A stretch of 50,191 nt of DNA from contig MQRK01254634.1 of the NCBI GenBank assembly GCA_001938485.1, positions 1-50,191 on the forward strand. Reading direction: 5' to 3'. The position numbers and the translations under genes were made by a program. Under the pieces are notes generated by a model. The model was not told where the DNA came from. It searched no databases and saw only the letters and a list, made by a program, of their open reading frames with translations. Of the stretch, positions 24,331-36,880 are shown one piece after another; the stretch's first letter is position 1; each line of letters starts with the position of its first letter. Origin of the DNA: Girardia tigrina. Its lineage: Eukaryota.

Positions 24331-25600
24331 GAAGATCTTAAAGACATTGAACAAAAGTAGAGAATGCTCAACATCACCGAAAAGAACCGTCATTTACACC
24401 AGCTGTTCGAGAATCGAGCAAGTTGCCTAAGCAAGTGAGAATTGATTGAGAGTTGTATACTACCTGTAGTATACTATGGGTGTGAAAATGGAGGACTACC
24501 GACACACTGGTAAAGAAACTGCAGAGTCTACACAATCAAGGTACTTGACTAGTGTTTGGGATAAGGAAGGATCAGAAGATCAGAATGGATACCATCACAA
24601 TTGGGTTACCTCACCCAATTGACATTCTAGCTAAGAGACGGTCCCGTTCCACGCTCTCTTAGCTACTGGCAATGGACCGATGATCCTGAAAGGAGTCATT
24701 GAATCCTCAATGACAGAAGGTAAGAAAATCTCAGGAGGAAAGAATCAATAAATCAAAGAATATCTAAGAGTCGACACGGAATGGCTTTTTGGAGAAACCG
24801 CTTCCTTTGATGATTTTTTTAATATTAATTCATCAGGAAAGCGCTCAACTCAAGATGAAAGATAGGATCGACTCAATAATATGCAAGATGCGAATAATTT
24901 GGCGGAGATCAGAAGACATGCCAAAACTTATGAGACCGCGGATGAAACTGTTTCAAAGTTCATACGAATCTTGTTTCAGAGAATTCGCGGAGCAGACAGA
25001 ATTAAATCGACACGAGAAACAAGATCTATTACCAAGAGTACCTCAAGAAAAAGAGCCGGAGGGATTCAATTGCTATCTATGCCGAAAGAACTACAAGACC
25101 AAAGGATGGCTCATCAGACATCTCAAAAAAGCGCACAAAATTGAAGAAGAACAATTATTCCAAATTTTTCAGAGCCGAACCAATCAATCCAGACAATAAG
25201 AAGAATGGAATCTACCACTGAACGCGATACCAGAAGACAAAGCAACTCAAGTACCAATCGCCGATCCGAATGCTGCTTCGATAGGAGAGTTAGAAGCGAG
25301 TCCTTTAGAAACCCATCTGGACTACCGCCTTACAGATCTAACTGTGAGAGGAACCTTCAGATGCCCGTTTCGCGGATGTGTAAAGTCCACGTACATAGTC
25401 AGAGGGATGCAGAATCATGGGACTACTATCCATGACTAGTCGTTTCTGACTGGATTGCCAAAGCGTGCGTGGAAGCGAAAGGTTGACGTCCCTGTAGAAG
25501 GCCTATCGGGGAGTTTATAGACTCATTTGGTGTGGATGGACCATCTAAAGAGCCTATTGGCTCAATACCATTCTTGAAAGAGATGGGAGGCCCACATTAA
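24330..25600 (+). mobile_element. 5'-truncated, diverged relative of the RTE-like LINE with C2H2 fingers
   Basis: IESCILPVVYYGCE, SCFREFAEQTELNRH, CYLCRKNYKTKGWLIRHLKKAH and FRCPFRGC...HD*SFLTGLPK align with the 3' end of the 3070-6680 element. Confidence 0.85.
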
Positions 25601-25860
25601 ATATTTTAAAATTAAAAATGATATTATAAAATAGCTATTAAAAAATCAAATACGTATTTAAAAATAAAATATGTTTTTAATAGGTTTTAAATATTTAAAA
25701 ATTAAAAATGATATAATAAAAAAAATCATAAAAAAATTAAATATATATTTAAAAGTAAAAAATATCTTTTTAATGTATCTATTAAATATCTTTAAATTAA
25801 AAATGATAAGAAAACCATTAAATATTAAATATTATTTATAAATAAAAATATTTTTACAGT
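25601..25860. repeat. Degenerate AT-rich minisatellite, about 90-bp unit x3
   Basis: aaattaaaaatgata recurs at about 25609, 25699 and 25794 with similar downstream sequence. Confidence 0.6.
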
Positions 25861-27199
25861 CATAACAATTTATATATTTTAATAGAAGTTATGAAACAAT
25901 TTTAAATAAATTTTAAAATAAAATTTTAGTTTTAATGTGAAAATTATTTAATAAATTTGCAAGATTTTAAAAATTGAATCGAAAAGAATTTAATTGATTA
26001 ATTAAATTAACAGAAAAAATTGTTTAAATATATGAATTGTTGTTATAATAATAAATTTTGGTGTTAAAAAAATGAAGTCTGATATTGATGTTGCAACCAC
26101 TTCACACATACTAGTTTTAAATAACCTTGAAAATTAGTTTGTTAAAACAATTCTAAAAATATTTACAAATTTTATTAAAATAATGTAAGTCGAAAATTAT
26201 TGATTTTTTAACAGAGAATTATTTTTAATTAATTTTTTACAAAACTTTTTGATTAAAAATGTGAAATTATATATTGAAACCCCAACACTATTAAAAATAA
26301 AGCTTTTGTGAATTTCATCTATAAAGACGAAATAGGAGTTCTATGTATAAAAATATCCGCAATCTATTAGAACTCCCAGGTTATTATGTCGTCGTTTCTT
26401 ACAGCAGTACCGCTCCTCGCCTTCTAAGTAGCTTCTATAATTTCATCAAATGATGGTAGCTGGTCCAGTTTTTCCAGATTCGGTGTGAAGTAAAACTAAT
26501 ACATCAGGGACATCATTTGTGATATCTAAGTGAGTTCAAGGCCCTAAAAATGTTATTACCGTGATCAAGGAGTTCTTTTTTTCTGATTGAGATGGAGAGA
26601 ACACATAGTGTGTTCTCTTTCGCTCTGTGCACTTATACCATACCTATCACTTTTTCAAATCTTAATTGTTTCTCACACAAATACATTAGTTTGTGTATGT
26701 GAAAAAAATATAATTTATGTGATATTTTGGTAAAAATTGAAAATTTTATTATGTCACAACGTATTATGGTTTTTCATTTGTTGGATATCATTTTAAATAG
26801 TAATATCAATAACTTTAAACTCGTTCTCTAATAAATCAGAAGATTGTCAAAGTGCAAATAAGTCCTTATAAAATAAATGAACGATAATTATAGAAATTTT
26901 CTGTAATTTAAGCTAAAATAATGAAAGAGATCCGGTTGATCTCATTAACAAAAGAAATCGTCATAACAGACCATTTAATATCTCTGCCATTAAATAATTA
27001 ACATGATTGTAGAATGTAATATTTACTGATTTTAAAATGCCTAAAAATATAATGAATAATTATGCTTAAAAATATAATCACACGTAAATAATCTTTTAGA
27101 TTCCAGAGGAAGACAAAATAACCCCTAAGTTTGAAAAAATGCAACAATTATTATGACTTAATTTCCCTTTAGTTTAAAAATAATAATAATTTTTATTAA

Positions 27200-27990
27200 T
27201 TTCGCTACAAAAATTACATCCTCCTGACGAAACATTTTTCAAATATTAATTGCATCTTTACAATCTTGGAAATGTCATTAGGCGCTTCCGAGAGGTGCCT
27301 AATGAATTGACTGAAATTCTACGTATCTGTATATCTGCAAAATCCGAAAGATGGCCGTTTTATCTGCGAAATTGTTACTTGTGACAAAAGTGTGTATATT
27401 TTCACAATCCAGACAAACAAAATCAATAATTGGATCCATAAAAAATGGTGGAATTAGTTACAAACTTGGAGTGATTGTTAAGGAAAACCTCTTGTAAGTT
27501 TGGTGGAATTTTGAAGGCGTAATTCACTTTGAGCTACTTCTAAACAGTCAAACTATTGGTGTTTTCCTGTTTTGAGCTTCTTTTTATCTATGTATGCTTG
27601 ATTTTTATAAAATACCCCACTTTGATCAAAAAAGTGCGCTCTTCTACAGCAGGACAACGCATAACCATACACTTTCAGGCAAATCCAGATAAGATAAAAA
27701 CTTTTGATGACATTTAACTGTTTCTACACCCAGCTTATAGTCCGGATTTTGAACCATCTGAGTAATACACTTCCGTAATTTCTTCTTGACTGCAACTTCA
27801 AAAATCTGGAAAAGGTCGAAAACGGTTATTGGCATACTTTTTTCTCTAAAAACTAAGAATAGAAACATTGAAGCCATTGATTCAAATTATTTTTACTTTG
27901 AATCTTGATTTCTCGTTTAGTAATTGTAAAATTATTTTTAAAGTTTTTTTTAGAAAAAATTGGAAAGAAATTTAGGTTCATCCTAATAAT
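27200..27990 (+). mobile_element. mariner remnant
   Basis: DGRFICEIVTCDK, LLQQDNA and HPAYSPDFEPSE motifs; TIR-like end ...catcctaata. Confidence 0.8.
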
Positions 27991-28064
27991 TTACATTGTT
28001 TCAGATAATATCCGATATTACCCATCACTCAATTAATCATTTTAGGCAGTATTTCTATCTAATG

Positions 28065-30768
28065 CAGTGCTTCTCAACTTGGGCGATATCGCCACCCAGG
28101 GAGCTTTTTCTAATTTCCAGGAGGCGCTGTGAGGACCTGGGGATTTAGGGGGGCGATGGGAGAAACCGTAATTTTGTTTTGGGGATTGTGATTTTCATGA
28201 TGGAAGAGCCCAGGATTTTTAAAGGTCTGATATATTGGCAGGTTTGCTGATATTTGTTTCAATGAAATCGAACTGAAAGTACTGTAATATTTGTAGTATT
28301 GAAAACTGCAAATGACCGATTGAATGAAATTTGTATCATAACTGTGTAGATTGTTTGATAGTGATGGTGCTAAGAAATTAGTGCTAGTTTGCTACCGGCA
28401 TTTTAATTGAGTCACTACTGGGCCGAAAAGTTTAGTACATGAATAGTAATGATTTTATTACATATCTGGTTGATCCTACCAGTAGTCATATGCCCTTTTT
28501 TCAACTTTATACAATTTTTAACATCTTTTAAACTGTAAGTACAGTAATTTATTTTTTTATTTTATTGATGACTTAGTAAGTATACATAGCATTTAATTGT
28601 GTAGGGTTTACTAATGAGCATCATCAATCATGTCATCCAATAAGAAGAAAACCCATCAATATTCAGTCAGCTATTTGGAATCTGGTTTTATTGAGTCATC
28701 AATTGACAAACGGAAACCAATGTGCCTTCTGTGTCAAAAATTATTTTCCAATAAAGCTTTGAATCCAAGTCAATTAAAAGAACATTTACACACTATACAT
28801 GCTGATTGGAAGGATAAGTCAATTGAATATTTTCAGAATCTTTATGAGAAATTTCAAAAACAATCAACAATTTCTTCAATGTTTAAAAGAACAAGTGGGA
28901 AAGTAGATGATGGTTTGAGTGCATCACATGGTATTGCAGCAATTATTGCTAGGGCTGGAACATCACATACTGTTGGTGAAAAAATAATTTTTCATTAAAA
29001 ATGATATTCCCTTAATGAACATAATTGCTTGTGCAACAGATGGTACGCAATCTACGACTGGCCGTTATCGCAGTTTTAAAACCTATTTAAAAAATGAAGT
29101 TCCAGACATTTGTACCATTCATTTTATGATTCGTAGACCTCATCTTGTTGCTAAAAATCTTAGTCCACAGTTGAATGATTACTTAAACATAGTCATAAAA
29201 GCTGTGAACAAAATCAAAATTCATCCCAAGAGTGATCGAATTTTTCATCAATTAAGAACATATAGACAAGTCTCATTTGAATTTTTATTCCAATTACATT
29301 TACAGTCAGTAAAACTCTCAGAAGGTCTTTCATCGTTTGCCATCGTTCTAATTGGTTTTCTTATTTCTATTTTTAATCATGATTATTCGAACTATTTTTC
29401 TAAGTTATTTTTTAAAATATTTAACCTCTAAAAAATATTAATTAAAAAATAATAATTTTTACCATTTCTCAATAAGTCCAAAAATAATAAAAATATCATC
29501 AAATTATTAAAAATGCATTTAATTTAAATTTTACTAAAAACTATTAAACTTAATTTTAATTCTGAAATTAAAAATATGAACTTATAAAATGATTATTTTA
29601 ATTATGTTCGATTAGTCAATCACTTTAAATTTAAATAAAAAAATACCAATTTCCATCAGAGTAGGAGAAGCACCATTCTAAATTCAACATACTTAAATCA
29701 ATATACAGAATCCATACATTTACACATTCAAACAATTTAAAATATTCCTCACGTCATCAATTTTATGATAAAAATTATGAAGGACATAATAAGCTTTTAC
29801 TGCATACTGATGTTCGTTGGCTTTCTAAAGGAAATTGTCTGTATCACTTTATTGAGTTTTTTTACAGTATTCTGGAATTCTTTGAAGAAGAAAATAATTC
29901 TGACTTTTGTAATGAGTTGAGGAGAATCAAGAGTGATGTGTTTTTTTCTGGCTGGACTATATCAAAAGTTTTATGAAATGAACTTGCAACTTCAAGGCAA
30001 GATGATAAACCTTATTGACTGCAAACAAATTATTGTTACATTCACCAAGAAGCTTGATTTATTCCGTCAGAACATTCTTAGAAAGGAATTCTACAATTTT
30101 CTTTAGCTTGCCAAAAGATGTTGAACGCTATGGTAATCATTTACTGGAATTAAAGAAAGATATTGAAACTCGCTTTCGTGATATTATTTCAATGAAGATT
30201 GAATCATGGACGACTGATCATTTTCAGGTAAAAATTTCTAATGTTGAAATTGAACAACAGGATGAGTTGCTAGAATTACAGAATGATGAAAGGTGTCAAA
30301 TAAATTCCAGCAATGGAGGACTGATGAATTTATGGCAGCAATAAAGAATGATAACTCTGTATCCTACATTATTGTCTCAGGTGCATTTGCTATTACTTGC
30401 ATTTCCCTCAACGTATATAGGAGGCTGGTTTTATCACTGAAATAAATCTGTTGAACAGAAACAGAAATTGTTTGGATATTATCAAAAGAAGAGATCTTCG
30501 TCTTGTATCGACTCAGTTGATGCCAGGTATAGATAACCTTGGCAAAAAAAACATCAAACTCAGGGTTCTCATTAAGTGTTGTATAAAGTTCTGTATGAGT
30601 TACAAAATGAAAAATAATTTTTTACAAATTGTTTGTTTTTATTTTTAAAGTTTAAAATATAAATAAGATTCGTTTGAATTTTCTTTGGGAGAAGGGGGCG
30701 CGGGGAATTTTACGTTTCCAAAATTTATAAAAAGGAGGTGCTACTTGAAATAAGATTGAGAACCACTG
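28065..30768 (+). mobile_element. hAT (Buster/Charlie-type) transposon, decayed
   Basis: TIRs CAGTGCTTCTCAA / TTGAGAACCACTG; perfect 8-bp TSD ATCTAATG with central TA; BED finger (CLLC..HLHTIH), ATDG and LLHTDVRWLSKG motifs. Confidence 0.92.
29254..29753. mobile_element. 500-bp insertion with 9-bp target duplication inside the hAT transposase
   Basis: TCATCAATT occurs at 29245-29253 and 29754-29762. Removing the insert restores RIFHQ-FYDKNYEGHNKLLLHTDVRW. Confidence 0.75.
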
Positions 30769-31191
30769 ATCTAATGTCTAATATCATTTAAATCTTTAAT
30801 ATCCTCCTATTGATATTTTTAGATATTATCTTTTAATTAATCTCTGAGAAATGAAATTATAGAGACTAAGATTATACTACCCTAGCCGAAAAGTCACTGG
30901 ATAACTGATTTTTTAAGAATTTTTTAAATAAATGAGTATAAATATGAATTAACTTGCACGATTTGTATAAAATAAAAGTTTTCATATGATTTCAACCCAG
31001 ATTAATAATAATTTAACAATAAAAACTCCAAATCAAAAAATAATAACAATTTATTTTAATCTAAAATAATTTGTATTGGTTAAAAAGTCACCGGACAGAT
31101 TAAATGAAACCTTTCAAAATGATAATAAGTCTTTGAAAATCATAAATATATTTATTTATATTAACGAACAGTAATAATAAATTTTGTTTAA

Positions 31192-31423
31192 CCCTTCGTA
31201 ACACGGGTAACACTTCTGTAACAAACCGTTATAACCCTTACAGGATCTCTAACTATTAATATATCACATTTTAAATCACTGTTACATATCTGTTACATAC
31301 CGCTACATGCTCAGTGTGTAACAGACATGCACCAGTGATTTAAAATGTGATATATTAATAGTTAGAGATCCTGTAAGAGTTACAACGGTTTGTTACAGAA
31401 GTGTCACACCATGTTACGAATGG
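31192..31423. mobile_element. Palindromic piggyBac-type MITE
   Basis: TTAA flanks, CCC start, and inverted arms of about 90 bp. Confidence 0.85.
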
Positions 31424-31621
31424 TTAAATATCACATTTAACGTGCTTCATAGTAATTTGAAATTGTAAAATGGCTAGAAGAAAATTTTTGCAAACTACGA
31501 AGGCAACCATTTCAAATCTACATTTTCTTAAATTTTAGATAATAATTTTTGTAGAAAGTTGACAACTTACTCTGCTAGATAATTTTTTATTCACTAATCC
31601 CAGTATAATCTATAAGCTTCA

Positions 31622-32370
31622 TTAACACTAGAACTCTGCAGAAAAAGTTATACCTTTAACTTCTAGGTGCGGTCAAAATGACCGCATTCATAAAATCGTG
31701 TAATACAACATGTGGAAAAGGTTTAACGCATTAAATTTGATTTAGAAATCAGAGTCTCATCGTACGACACTATACTCACACACACATACATACATACACA
31801 GGTTATTCACAACAATTTGTGCATTTGTAGTGCTTTGGACTGTGGATCTCACAGAATGGCTTCATACAGACAAAACAAGAATAACTTGCTTCTTCTAATA
31901 GAGGCATTTGAAACTGCATCATTGTAAATTATCCAACCGCTGACGTTGCTTTGTTGAACAATCGAAAAAACTTCCCATTGGCAATCTTCGTGATACAGCC
32001 TTGAAGCTATATAATCTCAGCATGAAATTCAAGCAGTCAACACCCACTTTGTGTTGATTGTAAAAATGAATTATGTTAGGCTTTTTTTCTCTTCAGCAAC
32101 AACGACAGGATTTTTGTGTAATAGTTGATAGAAGGTTGACTATCTTTTCAGGTTTGGCCTGACAGGATACAGCCAATTTACCTCCAGATTGTGCGAAGAA
32201 TGAAGAATAAAGAGGGCCGTCTACCTTCATATGATTGACAGTGGATTTGGAGGAATGTCTCAATGTAACAACTAGTGTCGTTCTCTTGAATAAAAGTCAT
32301 TCAGCCAAAGTGAAAAAATTATCGGCGCAAACATTGTAACCACAATTGAAGTAATCAAAATTTTAAATGT
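31622..32370 (-). mobile_element. piggyBac (PGBD4-like) remnant
   Basis: Terminus TTAA|CACTAGAACT...GGTCAAAATGACC; minus-strand GYNVCADNFFT..KRTTLVVTLR. Confidence 0.8.
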
Positions 32371-33238
32371 TTACATTTCTTAGTTGATATTTAGTTAGCT
32401 TAAATCCAAAAAATTACCAAAATCCGTGCATGCAAAATTTCATTATTTCGACGAAAAGTTTTAATGATTACAACCTTCAAAAACAATGAAAAATATAATC
32501 AATTTTAACAAAAATATTATCGTAAATACAATTATTTTTATATTTTTCGGTATCATTCAGTAAACAGTCGATTGCTAACCACTTAGTAGCTCGCTTCGAC
32601 TGTTCATTTTATTGCACCTTATGACGCTTCCTTTCTTCTGACAGTCTGGTGTGGCTTGTCGCAATACCTTCCTCGATAACACCTTCAATTAACTTGTGTT
32701 TGTGAATGAAGGACCCAAGAATGAGAATGTTATTAATGAATGAACTGCCTGCAAATCCGCCAATGGCTTCGGATTTCTCCATCCGAATGGATGTAAAGGA
32801 TATGCAATAGATAGACAAAAATAAAAATGAAGCTATTTCTGAATAATTCTGAAAGTATTACTGAGAATTGTTGTAATGACAATTCGATTTCTGTTTCAAA
32901 GATAGAAATACATCCTAGTTATAATATGAAAAATAACGGCTAACAATAGACTGGAACAATAGTATTATTATTATTACTATAATTATTTTTATTATTATAT
33001 ATAAAAATATCTTAAATAATGTGTAAATATTGGTCTAGAATTCATAATTCTAAATACACTTCAATCTAACAGATAACTTCCCTGAATAAAAATGATCTCC
33101 TTCTAACGACAAGTTTATAGTCGCTGTAATTCAATTTAAATGTATTCCAAAAAGTATTATTAATTAGCAATGAAGGCAACCAAAAATTAATGAAAGTCTT
33201 TATTTAATTTCAAATGTATCAAATTAAAGGCGAATAAA

Positions 33239-33864
33239 TCATTTCCCATCGCATATCAGACTTTTTGAGTCGGAAATGTGTACAGTATCGCTTGAGACGG
33301 CTTCACCATTTTCGTTGGCACAGAAACAAACAGATCCAGAACATTGAATATTGTCGTAATTTCCGTTTTCCTTGCAACGAAACATTCTTCCGACTATTCT
33401 GGTTTTCATATACATATTTCTATCCACGGCACATTCTGTAAATTAAAACAATTTTATAGACTAAAATTAACGCAATTCTTTAAAAATATCTGGACTAACT
33501 ACAATTCATTTTCCTTGAATCATTTATGTGAGAGATGAATGTTTTAATCCTACTTCCAACAGAATCAACACAGAAACATTGGCTTCCGTGGCACTGAACA
33601 GGCGCATAATCTCCATTTTCGGAACAATCAGGAGTAAATCTTCCTCGAAGTATACTTTTTCGAGCTTCGTTGAGGTCCTTTGGTATTTATTATTATTTTA
33701 TTTAAAGTTTTATGGAATACTTTTAAGCACTGAGTGGTGCAAACATTTGACGAACAAACATTATTATCACTGCACTCAGAAGATGTTTCGCACTCGGCTA
33801 AAACATTATCGTCGAAGAGAAGTATACTCAGAAAAAGACTGAAAATTAATGAACTTTCTTTCAT
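33239..33864 (-). CDS. Secreted protein with two thyroglobulin type-1 domains (thyropin/equistatin-like), 172 aa, 3 exons
   Basis: Exons 33864-33721, 33677-33500 and 33435-33239 with GT-AG introns of 43 and 64 nt. Hydrophobic signal peptide; motifs FTPDCSENGDYAPVQCHGSQCFCVDSVG and FRCKENGNYDNIQCSGSVCFCANENG. Confidence 0.9.
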
Positions 33865-34108
33865 AATTTACTTTTGGTCTTTTAATTCACTGATTAACCT
33901 ATTTATAGCACTGAATTTTGACCTTGAAAATATAATTAAAATAATTGTGATATCAATTTAATAAAACAATTTTAAGTTATATATATGCATCTTTATTTAT
34001 TTATTTATTTGTGAATAAAATAAAATACTTATTATATTTATTTAAAAATTTTATTTGTACATATGCTAATATACTCAAATAACACCATTTCAATTTTAAA
34101 TTTTTATT

Positions 34109-34148
34109 AGAAAACATGTTTCGCCACTTTTGTGGCATCTTCAGTTCT
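34109..34148 (-). ncRNA. Minimal type I hammerhead ribozyme (Penelope-associated type)
   Basis: Minus strand reads AGAA CUGAAGA UGCCAC AAAA GUGGC GAAAC AU GUU UUCU: CUGANGA and GAAA core, paired stem II, palindromic stem III, GUU cleavage triplet and short stem I. Confidence 0.75.
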
Positions 34149-34279
34149 GTATTTAATTAGAAAGTTATTGTTTATATAGAAAGATGACCATTACGTCTCA
34201 GTGTGTTACGTCAAAATACTCTAATATGATTGGACGAATTACTTTGTACATTTAAACTAGATTTAAATAAGAAGAAGAT

Positions 34280-34875
34280 AGCAGTATTTTGTCCGAGCTT
34301 CAGGAAACAACAAAATCAATGGACCTTTAGAACTTTTGAGCTTCATACAAAAATATCCCTTTGGGGACTCCATCCTTAATATTGTGATCTTGCTGCATAT
34401 CTTTCTTACTCGAGCTATTAGCGCTGCCAGCTGCGGACGCTAGTTTTCCAAACTAAAGCTCATAAAGAACTATCTTCGATCTACAATGATCCAATCCAGG
34501 CTTACAGACTTGGCGGTCCTCTGCATTGAGAGAGAGCTTGCTGCTGAAATGAATATTGATACTCTTATCAATAAATTTGCAGAAATGAAAGAGCAAAAAA
34601 TTCGCATGTAAATTGTAAATTTTGAAATAACTTCGTTACTAGGTAATTTTTAGTATAAGAATAAGAGTATTACAATAAAAATATGAAATTAAAGTAAGGA
34701 TTCTGAGACCAGCAATAACAGAAGTCTATTTAATTTTTATTGAAGACACTTTATTGAGGGTTCCGAATAATAGGTTACGGTTAGGCTGAGGGTTAGAATT
34801 TAAGTTTAGGGTTAGGGTTAGAGGGCGGCAAATCTTAGGACCGCCCGGGCCCCAATAACAGTTGCTACGCCACTG
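34280..34875 (+). mobile_element. hAT 3' remnant (dimerisation domain, ZMYM1-like)
   Basis: FSKLKLIKNYLRSTMIQSRLTDLAVLCIERE motif; terminus GCTACGCCACTG. Confidence 0.85.
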
Positions 34876-36880
34876 GTTGGTTTGGTAAATTTTGTACAAA
34901 TTTAAATAACATGAAAAAAATGTACTGACGGATTAATTTGAGCGACACTAAATTTAAAATTACTACTATTAAGTGCCGGGAGTTACTCTTAAAAGCCGGT
35001 CAATCGGATGCGCATCAGGTGTGTGTTGTGATTGTAAGGGGTATGGAATTTGTTTTTCATATTATAAACTCCTCTATAATGCGGTGAGTTATTTTTAACA
35101 TCTGGTTTTTGATATTTTATCTATTTTGATTGGTTATTTATTTTTAGATGGGCATTCTTTTCTATGGAATTTTTAATCTATTGATGAAAAAATACTCTTA
35201 ACTGTAAGCTACTACAATTTATCATTTTAAATGTATGACATTTTTTTCCTTTTTTAATTGCACTTAAAAAAATAAAAAGTATTTCAAACCAGGAAAGTGA
35301 ACCTTCTGCTAATGTGATTCCAAATTCCGAAGATCCAACAACGTTAGCTGCAATTTTAAGTCATTTAATGAAATCTGATCAAGCAGTTAATTTACCTTCA
35401 ACTGCTTCAACAAAAGACGATTAAAACCAGCCTTCAAGCTCAAGTAATTCAGATTATGACTACCCTGATGTCTGGAACATCACTTGAAAAACGAATTTTG
35501 CGAGAAATATGATTAGCTGTGTTTTAAAGGCCAGAAGCTAGGTTACAAAATTTGCAAAAAAATATCAGCAAATTTTGATAAAGAAACGGGCGTTCAAGCT
35601 TCTAAAAATTACTTCTAAAAATCAGGAGTTACTTGATTATCTTACACTATCGATAGATCTAGGCAGACTGGAATGGTCAGATATGAAAATTAGACTTATA
35701 ATTATCAAATGTGAACATTTGTATGAATGTTTTTTAAAAGGTGTGTTTGGTCGAACTATGTATAATAACAGGTAACAAATATGGACTTTTAAGAAAAATT
35801 GGTACCTACAGACAAAGCCTTTTCAAACTCAACATATGCATGAAAATGAGAACTGGCACATCACTCAAGAAATGCCTCAAGAAATACCAAAATCAACTTT
35901 GATTATTATATGTGCAACTGATAAAGGAAACAAAATGAAAGCGACAGAAAAGAGGAAAGAATGAACACTGGCCATTGCATAACAATTTCCTTAACCGTAA
36001 ATCCAACATGACAAGAGCAGCAATTGATTCATGTGGATTATCACTGATCAAGTAATTATTTTCACCTCTTCCGACAACTGAAGATTTATTGAATTGTCCC
36101 AAACCCTTCTATCTTTATTAGACGTGGAGCTTATATTGTGAAATAAACCTAGACTAATTGCTTGTTTATTGTTATAGATTTGAATAAAATCAGTAGGCAC
36201 TTTTTAGTTCAAGTACTTATTGGGCTCTCCACTCCTCATGTAAATTCACACAAGATTCATTCTGATTGGTAAATTTATTTGATACATTAATTTTTCAATA
36301 GACTTAAATAGATATTTTAATTTTAAATGGATTTACTTTTACATCTAACAGAATACCCACACGACATTGAGAATGAACATAAAAACAATATACTAACATA
36401 GTCACCCGTTTAAATTATTCAGATTAAATGATAAACTAAACAACCCATGTTTTCGGCGAAGATCAATTTTGGTCTCAACCACAACAGCGTGGGTAATCCT
36501 TCTGATTTAAGTTTGGTACATAAATCATATAAAATATATTTCACTGAAGAAAATTATAATTTTAAATTTAAAATTTTATGATTGAAAATAAGGCATGACA
36601 AAACAAATATCGAATCATTTATTACTGTTAAATTCTCCTTTGCAAAGCATTGTAACAAGAACAAATCTCAAACAGAACCACGAATTAATCAAAAATTCAA
36701 ATAATATCGTATCAGTTTCAAATCGTTTGATACATCTCAATCCATTACACATTCCATCGTTTCCTTCCCAAAAATATGTTCCCAATAAAATCCAAACTTA
36801 GCAAAATAAATCAAGACAACTAATTTATGTACAATTTATTTAACATTACAATTATGACAATAAAAGAAAGACGAATAAGT

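Noticed and set aside
26310-26700. Possible minus-strand RTE fragment (LDQLPSFDEIIEA)
   Set aside because: Only one weak motif, not enough to call.
36419-36543. Short open frame after an acceptor-like site downstream of RBBP6
   Set aside because: Its phase does not match the last RBBP6 donor and it has no recognisable motif.
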